Below are positions 33,801-44,319 of a DNA stretch of 64,000 bases, one piece after another; positions within the stretch are counted from its first letter, which is position 1; the number at the start of each line of letters is the position of its first letter. Location: assembly GCA_965215005.1 (NCBI GenBank), contig CBDCCZ010000060.1, positions 32,001-96,000 on the forward strand, in the 5' to 3' direction. The position numbers and the translations under genes are program-made. Below the pieces are notes generated by a model. The model saw nothing but the letters and a program-made list of their open reading frames with translations, did not search any database and was not told the DNA's origin. Source of the DNA: Kofleriaceae bacterium (lineage in GTDB: Bacteria > Myxococcota_A > Polyangia > Haliangiales > Haliangiaceae).

Positions 33801-33944
33801 AGCCGGGTTTCAGAGCTGCACAGCAAACGTCGCAGCTACGCGCTTCTCGAGGAGCTCCATACGCTGCCTCGGAATCGCTTCCTCGCTCGCATCACCAACC
33901 CCAACCCGAGGCTCGTCAAACTCGAGCCCAAGGCTGCTCACTAA
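30855..33944 (+). CDS. actB: Alternative complex III subunit B (molybdopterin-oxidoreductase-like + Fe-S)
   Basis: FWRSL, TAT signal SRRGFL...GC, GRPVKVEGNPDHP, and four Fe-S Cys clusters at the C-terminus. Confidence 0.93.
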   Translation: MSSLDKKTQDVGFWRSLDELERDAAVDELVVREFPENADELTDPVSRRGFLQVMGASMAFASVTGCRRWEREEIVPLGRRPEDYVPGEPRHYASAIDLSGWAHAITVSTFDGRPVKVEGNPDHPFSTGASTTFAQGSLLNLYDPDRSAQVQRARGAGTFEDFEIEMGRLMEATRGKGGGGLAILTDGSTSPTMFYLLSNVLGQVMPQARWYDWTPLNLDNIHQGTKQAYGRALRPIAKLDQANIIVALDVDLFKDHPAALRYAADFAKRRNPDDGEMNRLYAIESTFTTSGVLADHRLPLRADLMLPLLMAVDAKLGGGAAPASAFLRDPDIALFVDAMAEDLAENRGRAVLVAGIGQPPAVHALVAKINHTLGAPGATLTYVADIDEGRPTRLEQIQQLTAEMAAGRVETLLILGGNPAYDAPADLDFGAAMGKVKTSIHLSQYLDETSTLASWHVPQAHYLESWGDALTYDGTYTLIQPILEPIWNGKSAIELIALMLGREYVNPDTIVRSTMQLASGKGDDASWRKALHDGFVPGQVLPEINALPAPQVRPAQLTPSQLGGIKAPEGTLEVVFTPSAHTWDGRFANNAWLQETPDFVTKLTWDNAALINPRTAEELGIENDTLIKVRVNDRDLTVVAYTLPGQALSSIAIAVGHGRTHAGRVGGFLAAKVEPKGFDTYSIRTSNALWNASGATVTPTGKSYGYATTQEHWDYRDALGRKGIDQRLDQLVRAGSLLAYTANPNFAREKVHVPVYGGHVEGHGADDGAVIPQLWQQHGYEGHKWGMATDLTKCTGCNACVVACQAENNVPVVGKREVKRSREMHWLRIDRYFRGDVLNPEIAHQPLLCQQCENAPCEQVCPVGATVHSHEGLNDMAYNRCVGTRYCLNNCPYKVRRFNFLDWHKDLDDSRSKLKKLVFNPEVTVRSRGVMEKCTWCVQRIQTAKILAKNDRRPLIDGEIQTACQQACPTTAIVFGDLNDPKSRVSELHSKRRSYALLEELHTLPRNRFLARITNPNPRLVKLEPKAAH

Positions 33945-33956
33945 GAGGTCGATGGG

Positions 33957-35321
<1,365 letters not shown>

Positions 35322-35341
35322 GGAAACACGGAGACTCGACG

Positions 35342-36529
35342 ATGAGCGCAGAATCTACGCATAGCGCCAAGGGCGAGCTCTACGGCTACCTGGCGGAATT
35401 CAAAACCCCAGGCGAGCTGATCGCTGCGGCCAAAAAGGTGCGCGCCGCCGGCTTCACCAAGTGGGACTGCTACAGCCCGTTTCCAGTACACGGCCTAGAC
35501 CCTGCTATGGGCATCCGCATGACGATTCTCCCATGGATCGTCTTCGCGGTTGGGCTCTGTGGGCTCGGTGGTGGCCTGCTTCTTCAGTGGTGGACCAACG
35601 CCCACTACTGGCCATGGATCGTCTCGGGTAAGCCCTTCTGGAGCATTCCGGCGAACATCCCGATTGCCTTCGAGACCACCATCTTGGCGTCTGTTTTCGC
35701 CGCCTTCTTCGGAATGTGGGCGCTGAACAAGCTGCCGCAGTGGTGGCATCCTTTGTTTCGTAGCGAGCGGTTTCGGAAAGTCTCCGATGACGGCTTCTTT
35801 ATCGGAGTGGAGGCCCGCGACGGCGCCTTCGATCCGCAAGAGACCCGCCAGCTCTTGGAGGCGGCGGGAGCCGTTGCTGTCGAAGCGTGCCATCTGGATC
35901 CCAGCCCGCTTGGCAAGCGCATGCCGAGGCCGATCTTCGCCTTCATCATCGTCTCTTCGGTGTTGGCGCTGGTGCCCTTTGCTCTGATTGCCAAGGCGCG
36001 TGCTTCGAAGTCCACCGAGCCGCACTGGCACCTCATCCCGGACATGGACGATCAGCCCAAGTACAAGTCACAGCGCGCAGCCCCTACGGAAATCTTCGCC
36101 AATCAGCGAGCCTCGCGCGTTCCCGTTGCTGGCACCGTGGCCCGCAACGAGCTAAAGGCCGACGATCACTTCTACCGGGGCCTCGTAGATGGGCAATGGG
36201 CGCAGGAGTTTCCGCCTGCGCTTGAGATCAACATGCGAACCATGGCGAGGGGCGAGCAGAACTTCGACACCTACTGCGCGCCGTGCCACGGATACGATGG
36301 CGGCGGTAACGGCATGATCCACCGGCGCGCGCTACAGGTGCCTCAGGTGGGCTGGGTGCCTCCTGCCAACGTCACCGATGCGCCTCGAACGCAGCAACCG
36401 GTCGGACAACTCTTCAATACGATTAGCCACGGTTACAACACGATGCCGGGCTATGCGTCCCAGATCCCAGAGAGCGATCGCTGGGCGATCATCCTCTACC
36501 TGCGCGCCCTACAGCGCGCGCAGAATTAG
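35342..36529 (+). CDS. actDE: Fused ActD (DUF3341)-ActE (monoheme cytochrome c)
   Basis: DCYSPFPVHG...GKPF..P..IP..FE.TIL (ActD), then DMDDQPK...CAPCHG...MPGY...DRWAI (ActE) in a single ORF. Confidence 0.88.
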   Translation: MSAESTHSAKGELYGYLAEFKTPGELIAAAKKVRAAGFTKWDCYSPFPVHGLDPAMGIRMTILPWIVFAVGLCGLGGGLLLQWWTNAHYWPWIVSGKPFWSIPANIPIAFETTILASVFAAFFGMWALNKLPQWWHPLFRSERFRKVSDDGFFIGVEARDGAFDPQETRQLLEAAGAVAVEACHLDPSPLGKRMPRPIFAFIIVSSVLALVPFALIAKARASKSTEPHWHLIPDMDDQPKYKSQRAAPTEIFANQRASRVPVAGTVARNELKADDHFYRGLVDGQWAQEFPPALEINMRTMARGEQNFDTYCAPCHGYDGGGNGMIHRRALQVPQVGWVPPANVTDAPRTQQPVGQLFNTISHGYNTMPGYASQIPESDRWAIILYLRALQRAQN

Positions 36530-36543
36530 GACGGAGTTTCGCA

Positions 36544-37803
36544 ATGAGCGCCGGACATTCAGTGGGCATTCATCCAGACGAGAGCTTCAAGCTCGGCAAG
36601 CTCGCATCTTGGGGACCCAAGCTCATCATCGCGGGCATTTTGGTTCTCCTCATCACCGTGGGAATCGGGTTTACACCTAGTGACCACTTCTCGCGGTTCT
36701 TTCACTCATATCTGCTTGGTTTCACGTACTTCCTGAGCCTCGCGCTCGGAGCGTTGTTCTTCACGATCCTGCAGCACCTCGTGCGAGCGAAGTGGAGCAT
36801 CGTGGTTCGGCGGCTCGCGGAGCTGCTGGCGTCGACGTTTCCGCTGCTCATTCTGTTGTCGCTGCCGATCCTGATCGGAATGCTTGCGGGTAACAACAGC
36901 TTGTACCACTGGTCGGATCCAGTGCTCGTGGATCCCAACAGTGAGAGCTTCGTCCATTTGATCTACGTCAAGCGGGCGTATCTCAACGTTCCCTTCTTCG
37001 TCGGTCGTGTCGCCGTTTATCTCATTGGGTCTTGGCTAATTGCCCGGTGGTTCGTGAAGAAGTCCATCGAGCAAGACGAGACGGGTAATCCTGAGCTGAG
37101 CGAGAAGATGCGTGTCGCGTCGGCACCGGCGATGATTGCGTTCGCGTTCATCACCGCCTTTGCCGCGTTCGACTTGCTCATGTCGCTGGCACCGGAGTGG
37201 TTCTCCACGATGTGGGGTGTCTACTACTTTGCTGGTGCGGTGGTTTCGATCATGGCCACGCTTGCGCTGTTTGGCATGATTCTTCAGCGCAGCGGACGCC
37301 TCACTCACTCCATCACCACCGAGCACTATCACGACCTGGGCAAGCTCTTGTTTGCCTTTGTGTTCTTCTGGAGCTACGTCGCGTTTTCACAGTTCATGTT
37401 GATCTGGTACGCGAACCTGCCCGAAGAAACGGTCTGGTTCTATCCGCGAATGTTCACCAGCTGGAAGTGGCTATCGTGGTTTCTCTTCTTCGGCCACTGC
37501 GTTTTCCCCTTCATCTGCCTGCTATCGCGAAATACCAAACGGCGGCGTACCCTGTTGGCTTTCTTCTCCGGCTGGATGCTGCTGATGCACTACTGGGACC
37601 TGTTCTGGATCATCATGCCGCAGTACGGTGGTCCTCACGCCGACCCCTACCATGGGTTCATCTTCAACATCATGGACATCACAGCCGTTCTAGGAATCGG
37701 ACTTCTGTTCTTCGGCTGGGTCCTCATTCGCGGCCGCAACGTCAACTTGCTGCCCATCAAAGACCCGCGGTTGGGTGAGTCGCTCGCCTTCGAGAACTTC
37801 TAG
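36544..37803 (+). CDS. actF: Alternative complex III subunit F
   Basis: LYHW, YLNVPFF, MSLAPEWFST, HDLGK, SQFMLIWYANLPEE. Confidence 0.92.
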   Translation: MSAGHSVGIHPDESFKLGKLASWGPKLIIAGILVLLITVGIGFTPSDHFSRFFHSYLLGFTYFLSLALGALFFTILQHLVRAKWSIVVRRLAELLASTFPLLILLSLPILIGMLAGNNSLYHWSDPVLVDPNSESFVHLIYVKRAYLNVPFFVGRVAVYLIGSWLIARWFVKKSIEQDETGNPELSEKMRVASAPAMIAFAFITAFAAFDLLMSLAPEWFSTMWGVYYFAGAVVSIMATLALFGMILQRSGRLTHSITTEHYHDLGKLLFAFVFFWSYVAFSQFMLIWYANLPEETVWFYPRMFTSWKWLSWFLFFGHCVFPFICLLSRNTKRRRTLLAFFSGWMLLMHYWDLFWIIMPQYGGPHADPYHGFIFNIMDITAVLGIGLLFFGWVLIRGRNVNLLPIKDPRLGESLAFENF

Positions 37804-37812
37804 AGGGACGTC

Positions 37813-38619
37813 ATGGAGCACTTTCCACGTAAGCAGACAGACACGCTGAACACCGTCGCGATCGTTGTGATCGGTCTAGCCGGTGCGCTGCTGGTCTATA
37901 TCAGCGCCGTTGCTCTCCAGGCGTTCTACCGCAATGAGTCGACCGAGCTTTTGGCGCAGCGTGATTCGTGGGGTATGAGCAGCGACCTCGACGCTCTTCG
38001 CAGCGAGCAAGAAGCCAAGCTCATCGGCAAGCTCGAGCCTGCGGAGCAAGCAGTGATCGCTCAGCTGCGCTCCGGCCGCGGTGGTTCTCTGGTTCCATCG
38101 GTAGGCTCGCAAGACAAAGCAACAATTCCGCCAGTCGTGGGATACTACGACCCGATGAAGGGCACTGCCGCGGCTCCGCAAGCGCCCACGGCTGAAGGAG
38201 CAGGAAGTGCAACGCCTGCCGGAGAGGCGGAAGCCGCACCTGCAGAGAGCGCCCCTACCACGCCGGGAGCGCCCGCAGCGGAAGGCGATACTGCAGCTGA
38301 CAAAGCCATGACTGAGCGTGAGGCTGGTAAATCGGCCGCGGCACCCGAAGAAGCAGCAAAGGTGCAGGGCGCGGCCGCAGGACAGGGTGGAGCGGCTCCA
38401 GCAGTTCCGCAACGCAACGCGGTGAAGGAGGGCGAGGCCGAGAGCGATGAGCCCGCCGAAGCCCCTCGCGCCAGAGCCACCAAGAAACCCGCCGCAGCGG
38501 CGGATCAAGCAGAAACTCCGTCGCAGCGGAAGCAACGACCGGCGCCAGCTCGCGAGCAAGACGGCGCCGCTCCAAATGGCACCAAGACGCCACGTAAAGA
38601 TGATGGAGCGGATCGTTAG
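37813..38619 (+). CDS. Single-TM protein with long Ala/Pro/Glu low-complexity tail (ActG position)
   Basis: One TM near the N-terminus, RBS present, located between actF and sco. Confidence 0.65.
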   Translation: MEHFPRKQTDTLNTVAIVVIGLAGALLVYISAVALQAFYRNESTELLAQRDSWGMSSDLDALRSEQEAKLIGKLEPAEQAVIAQLRSGRGGSLVPSVGSQDKATIPPVVGYYDPMKGTAAAPQAPTAEGAGSATPAGEAEAAPAESAPTTPGAPAAEGDTAADKAMTEREAGKSAAAPEEAAKVQGAAAGQGGAAPAVPQRNAVKEGEAESDEPAEAPRARATKKPAAAADQAETPSQRKQRPAPAREQDGAAPNGTKTPRKDDGADR

Positions 38620-39484
38620 CAACCGATTCTACTGCTGCTACGCCGGTCTTTCTCTGGTGCTGTGGGTAGCGGCGCCAGCAATGGCTGGGGTACCTGCGTC
38701 GAAGGGCGCGGCGACCGGCTATGTCGAGCCCGCTCCCGGAGACTTCGATGGCATCGCTGTTGCCGAGCAGGTTGGGGCACAGGTGCCAACTGAGCTGCAG
38801 CTTCGCTCGAGCGATGGCAACGCTACAACGCTTGCCGAAGTGCTAGCGGGCGAGCTGCCGACGATTCTCACCTTCAATTATTCTGACTGTCCCATGCTGT
38901 GCAATATGCAGCTCAGCGCTCTCAGCGAAGCGATGGAGAAGCTTCCGCTCGTTCCTGGACGCCAGTTTCAGGTGGTAACGGTCGTGCTCAACCCGGATGA
39001 GTCGGTGGAGAGAGCTGCCGAGACCAAAGCGAGCTATCTCGCGCGATTTCCGCAACAGCGCCGGGAAGCGATGCAGAGTGGCTGGCACTTCTTGCTGGGA
39101 GACAAGGCTGCCATCGACGCGTTGGCGGAGGCGGTTGGTTTCGCCTATAAGTACCTTCCTGAGCGAAACGAATACGCTCATCCGGCGACTCTGATTTTGT
39201 TGTCTCCCTCGGGCCGGGTCAATCAGTACCTTCACGGGATTCAGTACCAGCCCGCAGATTTGAACCAAGCGATCTTTCGCGCAGGATTGGGCGAGGAGCA
39301 AACTTCGCTGGGATATATCTTGTCCTGCTTTCACTACGACGCAGAAGCGAACAGCTACGCCGACACCGGTGAGGGAATCATGCGCTACGGCGCCATGGGC
39401 TTCGTCTTGATCATGCTTGCTACCTTTGGTGTTTGGCAGTTTGCGCGGGCTAGGAAGTCGAGCCGAGAGGCAGGATCGTCATGA
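38600..39484 (+). CDS. SCO-family copper chaperone
   Basis: CPMLC (CxxxC), WHFL, YAHP, C-terminal CFHYD + TM; start uncertain. Confidence 0.9.
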   Translation: MMERIVSNRFYCCYAGLSLVLWVAAPAMAGVPASKGAATGYVEPAPGDFDGIAVAEQVGAQVPTELQLRSSDGNATTLAEVLAGELPTILTFNYSDCPMLCNMQLSALSEAMEKLPLVPGRQFQVVTVVLNPDESVERAAETKASYLARFPQQRREAMQSGWHFLLGDKAAIDALAEAVGFAYKYLPERNEYAHPATLILLSPSGRVNQYLHGIQYQPADLNQAIFRAGLGEEQTSLGYILSCFHYDAEANSYADTGEGIMRYGAMGFVLIMLATFGVWQFARARKSSREAGSS

Positions 39485-40887
39485 ACAGCCGACTCACGTA
39501 CTCGTATGAATGGGTAAAGGTGCATCCTATGGGCCTGACGTTCCGAAGTCCTCGACGGGGTCTGGCTGCCCTCATCGCGGTGTTCTCGCTGACCATCACG
39601 ACGTCGTTCGCAGTTGCGCAAGACGCTGACGAAGCGGCTGCCCAGCGGGCCGTGACTCCGGTCGACATTCCGCCTCGCAACGAAGAGGTAGCGCCAGAAG
39701 AGGGAGCTCCAAGTGGCGACGCGGCGGCGGCGGGCTCGGCTGAGAAAGCCGAGGCCACCGGTGAAGCAGCGGTTGCCCCCTTCACTGATACCGCGCCGTC
39801 GGAGGGCGACGGTGCAGGCGACGGCAAAGGTCCTACCCAGCCGGGCGACGCACCCTCGGAGACCTCGGAAAGTGGCGAGTCGTGCCAGCGATACATCAAC
39901 GGCCGTCCTGATTCCGATCCGGTCCTCTCGGTCGAGCCAGGCCTCCCAGGCGGCACCGCCTGGATGCCCGTTAACGCTTCAGCCATCTCCGACGCATCCG
40001 ACGACCTGTTCTACGGCGTGCTCGGTATGTCGATCTTCCTCTTCCTGGCCATTACAGCGGCTGTCATCTACTTTGTCCTGAAATATCGTATTCGTCCGGG
40101 CAAGCATGAGAAGCCGCTGCCGTCGTCATCGCACAACGATGCGATGGAGGTCACTTGGACGGTAATACCGTCGATCATCTGCGTGTTTCTGTTTCTGTGG
40201 GGCTGGCGAGCCTACATCGATATGACCACGCCGCCGCGTCACGCCACGGAGATCAACGTCTACGCCACTCAGTGGGCATGGCTCTTCAATCACGAGGGCG
40301 GCATCGCCGACGACGTGTTGCATGTACCCGTCAACGAGCCGGTGCGCCTGGTGATGACTTCGCAGAAGGTCTTGCACAGCTTTTTCGTGCCGGCGTTCCG
40401 GGTAAAGCAAGACTTGGTTCCGCGCCGCTTTACGCAGGTTTGGTTCAGAGCGACGAAGCCAGGCGTGTATAGGCTGTACTGCACTGAGTACTGTGGCATG
40501 GACCATTCCTGCATGAAAACTTGGGTCAAGGTTCACGAGCCTGGCGGCTACGAGCAGTATCTGCAGAAGATGAAGGCTCGAGCCGCCGATATGGACCCCG
40601 TTGCATTGGGTAAGCAGATCTATGCGCAGCGCGGCTGCATCGCCTGCCATAGCTTGGATGGAGCTCCACGCGTGGGTCCAAGCTTCAAGGGGATCTGGGG
40701 CGAAGAACACGTAATGGCGAGCGGCGAAAAAGTCACGGTCGATGAGAACTACATCACCGAGTCCGTCGTGGACCCGCAGGCGAAGATCCGCGCCACTTTT
40801 CCGCCGAGCATGCCGTCGTTCGCCGGGCAGCTGTCCGACGCCGAGCTCAACGGCATCATCGAATTCATCAAGAGCCTCAAGGAGTAG
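39481..40887 (+). CDS. coxB: Cytochrome c oxidase subunit II with fused cytochrome c (caa3 type)
   Basis: EVTWTVIP, QWAW, VLHSF, CTEYCGMDHSCM (CuA), CIACH heme; the true start may be 39529. Confidence 0.93.
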   Translation: MNSRLTYSYEWVKVHPMGLTFRSPRRGLAALIAVFSLTITTSFAVAQDADEAAAQRAVTPVDIPPRNEEVAPEEGAPSGDAAAAGSAEKAEATGEAAVAPFTDTAPSEGDGAGDGKGPTQPGDAPSETSESGESCQRYINGRPDSDPVLSVEPGLPGGTAWMPVNASAISDASDDLFYGVLGMSIFLFLAITAAVIYFVLKYRIRPGKHEKPLPSSSHNDAMEVTWTVIPSIICVFLFLWGWRAYIDMTTPPRHATEINVYATQWAWLFNHEGGIADDVLHVPVNEPVRLVMTSQKVLHSFFVPAFRVKQDLVPRRFTQVWFRATKPGVYRLYCTEYCGMDHSCMKTWVKVHEPGGYEQYLQKMKARAADMDPVALGKQIYAQRGCIACHSLDGAPRVGPSFKGIWGEEHVMASGEKVTVDENYITESVVDPQAKIRATFPPSMPSFAGQLSDAELNGIIEFIKSLKE

Positions 40888-40899
40888 CGAGGGACCATT

Positions 40900-42660
40900 A
40901 TGGCTGAGCACGCCGTTCACCCAGAGACGCTTCTTGGCGAGCCCTCGAAAGTCGAGCCTGACTATATCGAGTGCAAGCGGGGGCTCAAAAATTGGCTCAT
41001 CACGCTGGATCACAAGCGGATTGGGGTCATGTACCTCGTCGGCATCCTTACTGCGCTTCTCGTTGGTGGGATGTTTGCGCTGCTGGTGCGGATCGAGTTG
41101 TTCACTCCTGGCGAGACCTTTGTCGGGAAGGACATGTACAACCAGTTCTTCACGCTACATGGCGCCGTGATGGTGTTCCTCGTCATCATCCCGGGCATAC
41201 CCGCGGCGTTGGGCAACTTCGTGCTGCCCATTCAGCTTGGAGCGCCGGATGTGGCGTTTCCTCGCTTGAACCTTGCCAGCTTCTATCTCTGGTGCGGGGG
41301 TGCATCGCTTCTGTTAGTGACGATTGCAACCGGCGGCGTGGATACCGGCTGGACCTTCTATACGCCCTACAGCCTAACCACCGGTACCTCGGTGTTGCCC
41401 GCCGTACTCGGCGTGTTCGTCTTGGGGTTCAGCTCCATCTTCACTGGGCTCAATTTCCTAGTGACGGTACATAAGTTCCGTCCACGCGGGATGGGCTGGT
41501 TCAAGATGCCGCTCAACCTTTGGGCACTGTACTCCACCGCGGTGGTGCAGGTGTTGGCGACGCCGGTGCTGGGCATCACCGTGCTGCTGCTGTTCGTCGA
41601 GCGCTTCATGCACATCGGAATCTTCGATCCGGCTCTGGGCGGCGATCCGGTGCTATTCCAGCACTTCTTCTGGTTCTATTCCCATCCCGCTGTCTACATC
41701 ATGATCATTCCGGCGATGGGTGTCGTCTCGGAGCTGATGACCACGTTTAGCCATAAGCCCGTCTTCGGTTATCGCTTCATCGCATATTCGAGTATCTCGC
41801 TGGCGCTACTCAGCTTCCTCGTCTGGGGGCACCATATGTTCGTGTCGGGACAGTCGCAGCTCGCGACGATGGTGTTCTCGGCGCTGACGTTCACCGTAGC
41901 GATTCCCTCGGCCATCAAAGTCTTCAACTGGACGGCCACACTTTACAAAGGTGCGATACGGCTCGATACGCCGATGCTGTACGCGCTCAGCTTCATATTG
42001 CTGTTCACGATTGGTGGTCTAACCGGCCTGTTCCTCGGCATGTTGGCCGTCGACGTGCACCTGCACGACACCTACTTTGTCGTGGCCCACTTTCATTACG
42101 TGATGATGGGCTCGACGTTAGTGGCCTTTCTTGGCGCCCTGCATTACTGGTGGCCGAAGATCAGCGGACGCATGTATCCGGAGAAGCCGGCTCGCTGGGC
42201 CGCGGTTGGCGTGTTCTTCGGCTTCAATCTCACCTTCTTGCCGCAGTTCGTCATGGGCTCGCAAGGGATGCCGCGTCGCTACTGGGATTACGACCCTGGC
42301 TTCGCCATCTACCACCAGCTGTCCACCATCGGCGCGCTCATCCTCGGCTTCTCGATTTTTTTCCAGGTGCTGTATCTGGTGCGCTCACTCAAGAAGGGAC
42401 CGAAGGCGCCGGCGAATCCTTGGGGTGCGACGACGCTGGAGTGGGTTCAGCCTTCGCCGCCGCCGCATTACAATTTTTCTACGCCTCCGGCGCTGCCGCC
42501 GCTCTACGAGTACAGCCACCTGGTGTACGACGCCAGGATCGGCGGGTATGTGCGCGTGAGCGACGTCGAAGCGCCCTACGAGCCGCAGTTTCCCAATACT
42601 GCAGAGCCTGGGTCTGAGTCAGCTCCCAGCACGGATCAGTCTGGTAAGCACGAGGATTAG
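40900..42660 (+). CDS. coxA: Cytochrome c oxidase subunit I, A2 type
   Basis: [23 protein letters not shown] (YS motif defines A2), WGHHM, HFHY, MPRRY. Confidence 0.96.
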   Translation: MAEHAVHPETLLGEPSKVEPDYIECKRGLKNWLITLDHKRIGVMYLVGILTALLVGGMFALLVRIELFTPGETFVGKDMYNQFFTLHGAVMVFLVIIPGIPAALGNFVLPIQLGAPDVAFPRLNLASFYLWCGGASLLLVTIATGGVDTGWTFYTPYSLTTGTSVLPAVLGVFVLGFSSIFTGLNFLVTVHKFRPRGMGWFKMPLNLWALYSTAVVQVLATPVLGITVLLLFVERFMHIGIFDPALGGDPVLFQHFFWFYSHPAVYIMIIPAMGVVSELMTTFSHKPVFGYRFIAYSSISLALLSFLVWGHHMFVSGQSQLATMVFSALTFTVAIPSAIKVFNWTATLYKGAIRLDTPMLYALSFILLFTIGGLTGLFLGMLAVDVHLHDTYFVVAHFHYVMMGSTLVAFLGALHYWWPKISGRMYPEKPARWAAVGVFFGFNLTFLPQFVMGSQGMPRRYWDYDPGFAIYHQLSTIGALILGFSIFFQVLYLVRSLKKGPKAPANPWGATTLEWVQPSPPPHYNFSTPPALPPLYEYSHLVYDARIGGYVRVSDVEAPYEPQFPNTAEPGSESAPSTDQSGKHED

Positions 42661-42692
42661 GCTTCAGGTCGAGCAAACACGGGGCAGCAGCG

Positions 42693-43484
42693 ATGACTGA
42701 CAACCACGATCATGAGCACGGCGTATCGCCGTTCATTCAGCACCACTTCGACGACGGCGAACACCAATTTGAGGCCGGTAAGCTAGGCATTTGGTTTTTT
42801 CTCGCGCAGGAGATTTTGTTCTTCTCCGCTTTGTTCGTGGCGTACGTGCTACTGCGCGCACATCACCCGGACATCTTCGACTACGCGAGTCACTATCTAG
42901 ACACCACTATGGGAGCCATCAATACGGTGGTGCTCTTAGTGTCTTCGTTGACGGCAGCGTGGGCAGTTCGTTGCGCGCAGCTCGGTCAGAAACGCGGATT
43001 GATCATCACCATTGTGATCACAATCCTCTGCGCATGCACCTTCATGGGCATCAAGTATCAGGAGTACTCGCACAAGATTCACAACGGGGTGCTCTACGGG
43101 GCCAAGTTCAAGCCTGTAGAAGATCCCTGGGGGCGCGAGTTCACGCCCGAGGCACGCGAGGCCGCGGCCGCAGAGACAGCAAATTGGAGCGATGAGGAGA
43201 AGGCTGCGCTCGAGAAGATGAAGGCGGAAGGCCGTGGTGATCCGCAAGCGGTTCTGCCGCCACAGAACACCAGCATGTTCTTCACCATCTACTTCGCAAT
43301 GACTGGCCTCCATGGCATTCACGTTCTAGCTGGTATCTTCGTCTTCATCTGGCTCTTGATACGCGCGATCAAAGGTCATTTTACTCCCCAGTACTACGGT
43401 CCTATCGACTTCGCGGCGCTCTACTGGCACCTCGTGGACCTGATTTGGATCTTTCTGTTTCCGCTTCTCTACTTGATTCACTGA
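42693..43484 (+). CDS. coxC: Cytochrome c oxidase subunit III
   Basis: LGIWFFLAQE, NT..L..SS, TGLHGIHV, YWHLVD. Confidence 0.94.
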   Translation: MTDNHDHEHGVSPFIQHHFDDGEHQFEAGKLGIWFFLAQEILFFSALFVAYVLLRAHHPDIFDYASHYLDTTMGAINTVVLLVSSLTAAWAVRCAQLGQKRGLIITIVITILCACTFMGIKYQEYSHKIHNGVLYGAKFKPVEDPWGREFTPEAREAAAAETANWSDEEKAALEKMKAEGRGDPQAVLPPQNTSMFFTIYFAMTGLHGIHVLAGIFVFIWLLIRAIKGHFTPQYYGPIDFAALYWHLVDLIWIFLFPLLYLIH

Positions 43485-43494
43485 GAGGTACGCT

Positions 43495-43879
43495 GTGGCC
43501 ACGCACGCTCACGATCCGCACGCACCTGGCAAGCATCACGTGCTTCCCTGGCAGGTTCTCGTAGGGGTCTTCTCTGCCCTAATAGCTCTCATCACCATTC
43601 TTACGGTGCTAGCGACCAAGGTCGACCTCGGCTCCAACTACAACCTCGCCCTCGCGATGGCAATCGCCGCCGTGAAGGGAACCCTCGTGATCCTTTACTT
43701 CATGCATCTGCGCTACGATAAGCTCTTCCACTCCGTACTCTTCGTGGGCGGCATCCTTACAGCGACTCTCTTTGTCACCTTCTCACTAATGGACTCACGG
43801 CGAATACACAGGAGTCCGTCATTTGGGATTCCGAGAGCGTCCTCCCGCCGCCCCCTACGGCCCCAGCCTCCGCCCGTAA
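43495..43879 (+). CDS. coxD: Cytochrome c oxidase subunit IV; 3' end apparently frameshifted
   Basis: His-rich N-terminus, IAAVKGTLVILYFMHLRYD; after MDS the reading frame becomes implausible, while the +1 frame stops at TAA 43877-43879. Confidence 0.8.
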
Positions 43880-43899
43880 ACGCGCCACCGCCGCACGCC

Positions 43900-44013
43900 G
43901 CTGCCGCTAGCGCAGCGACCATCGCCTCACACTGCTGCCGCTAGCGCAGCGACCATCGCCTCACACTGCTGCCGCTAGCGCAGCGACCATCGCCTCACAC
44001 TGCTGCCGCTAGC
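43900..44013. repeat. Perfect 34-bp tandem repeat, 3 copies + 12 bp
   Basis: Unit GCTGCCGCTAGCGCAGCGACCATCGCCTCACACT at 43900, 43934 and 43968; partial copy at 44002. Confidence 0.95.
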
Positions 44014-44319
44014 CGGCAAAACAGCAGACACTTCTGGGCAACCGTAGATATCGAAGAAGCCGAGCGTCGTCGCCGCAGCCTCGCGCGCCGTCCCTGCTCT
44101 CGTCCACGGCCACACGGTACGCGTCACCAGCGCCAGCGACAAACCACCGGTACGCCTCCTGACTTCCCCGTCTTCCGCGCTTTCGCGCGCCCGTCAAACG
44201 GCCAAACACAGCTCCGCCTGCAGTCGGCGACGGCATAGCAGTAGGACGCAGCCCGCGCGGTCGAACGCGGGGGCCTCTCGCCGTGCTCGCGCCGTAAGCG
44301 CCCGACAGCGCGCACCTGC

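Noticed and set aside
43900..44013. Possible CRISPR array
   Set aside because: Units are identical and contiguous with no unique spacers, and there are no cas genes in the window.
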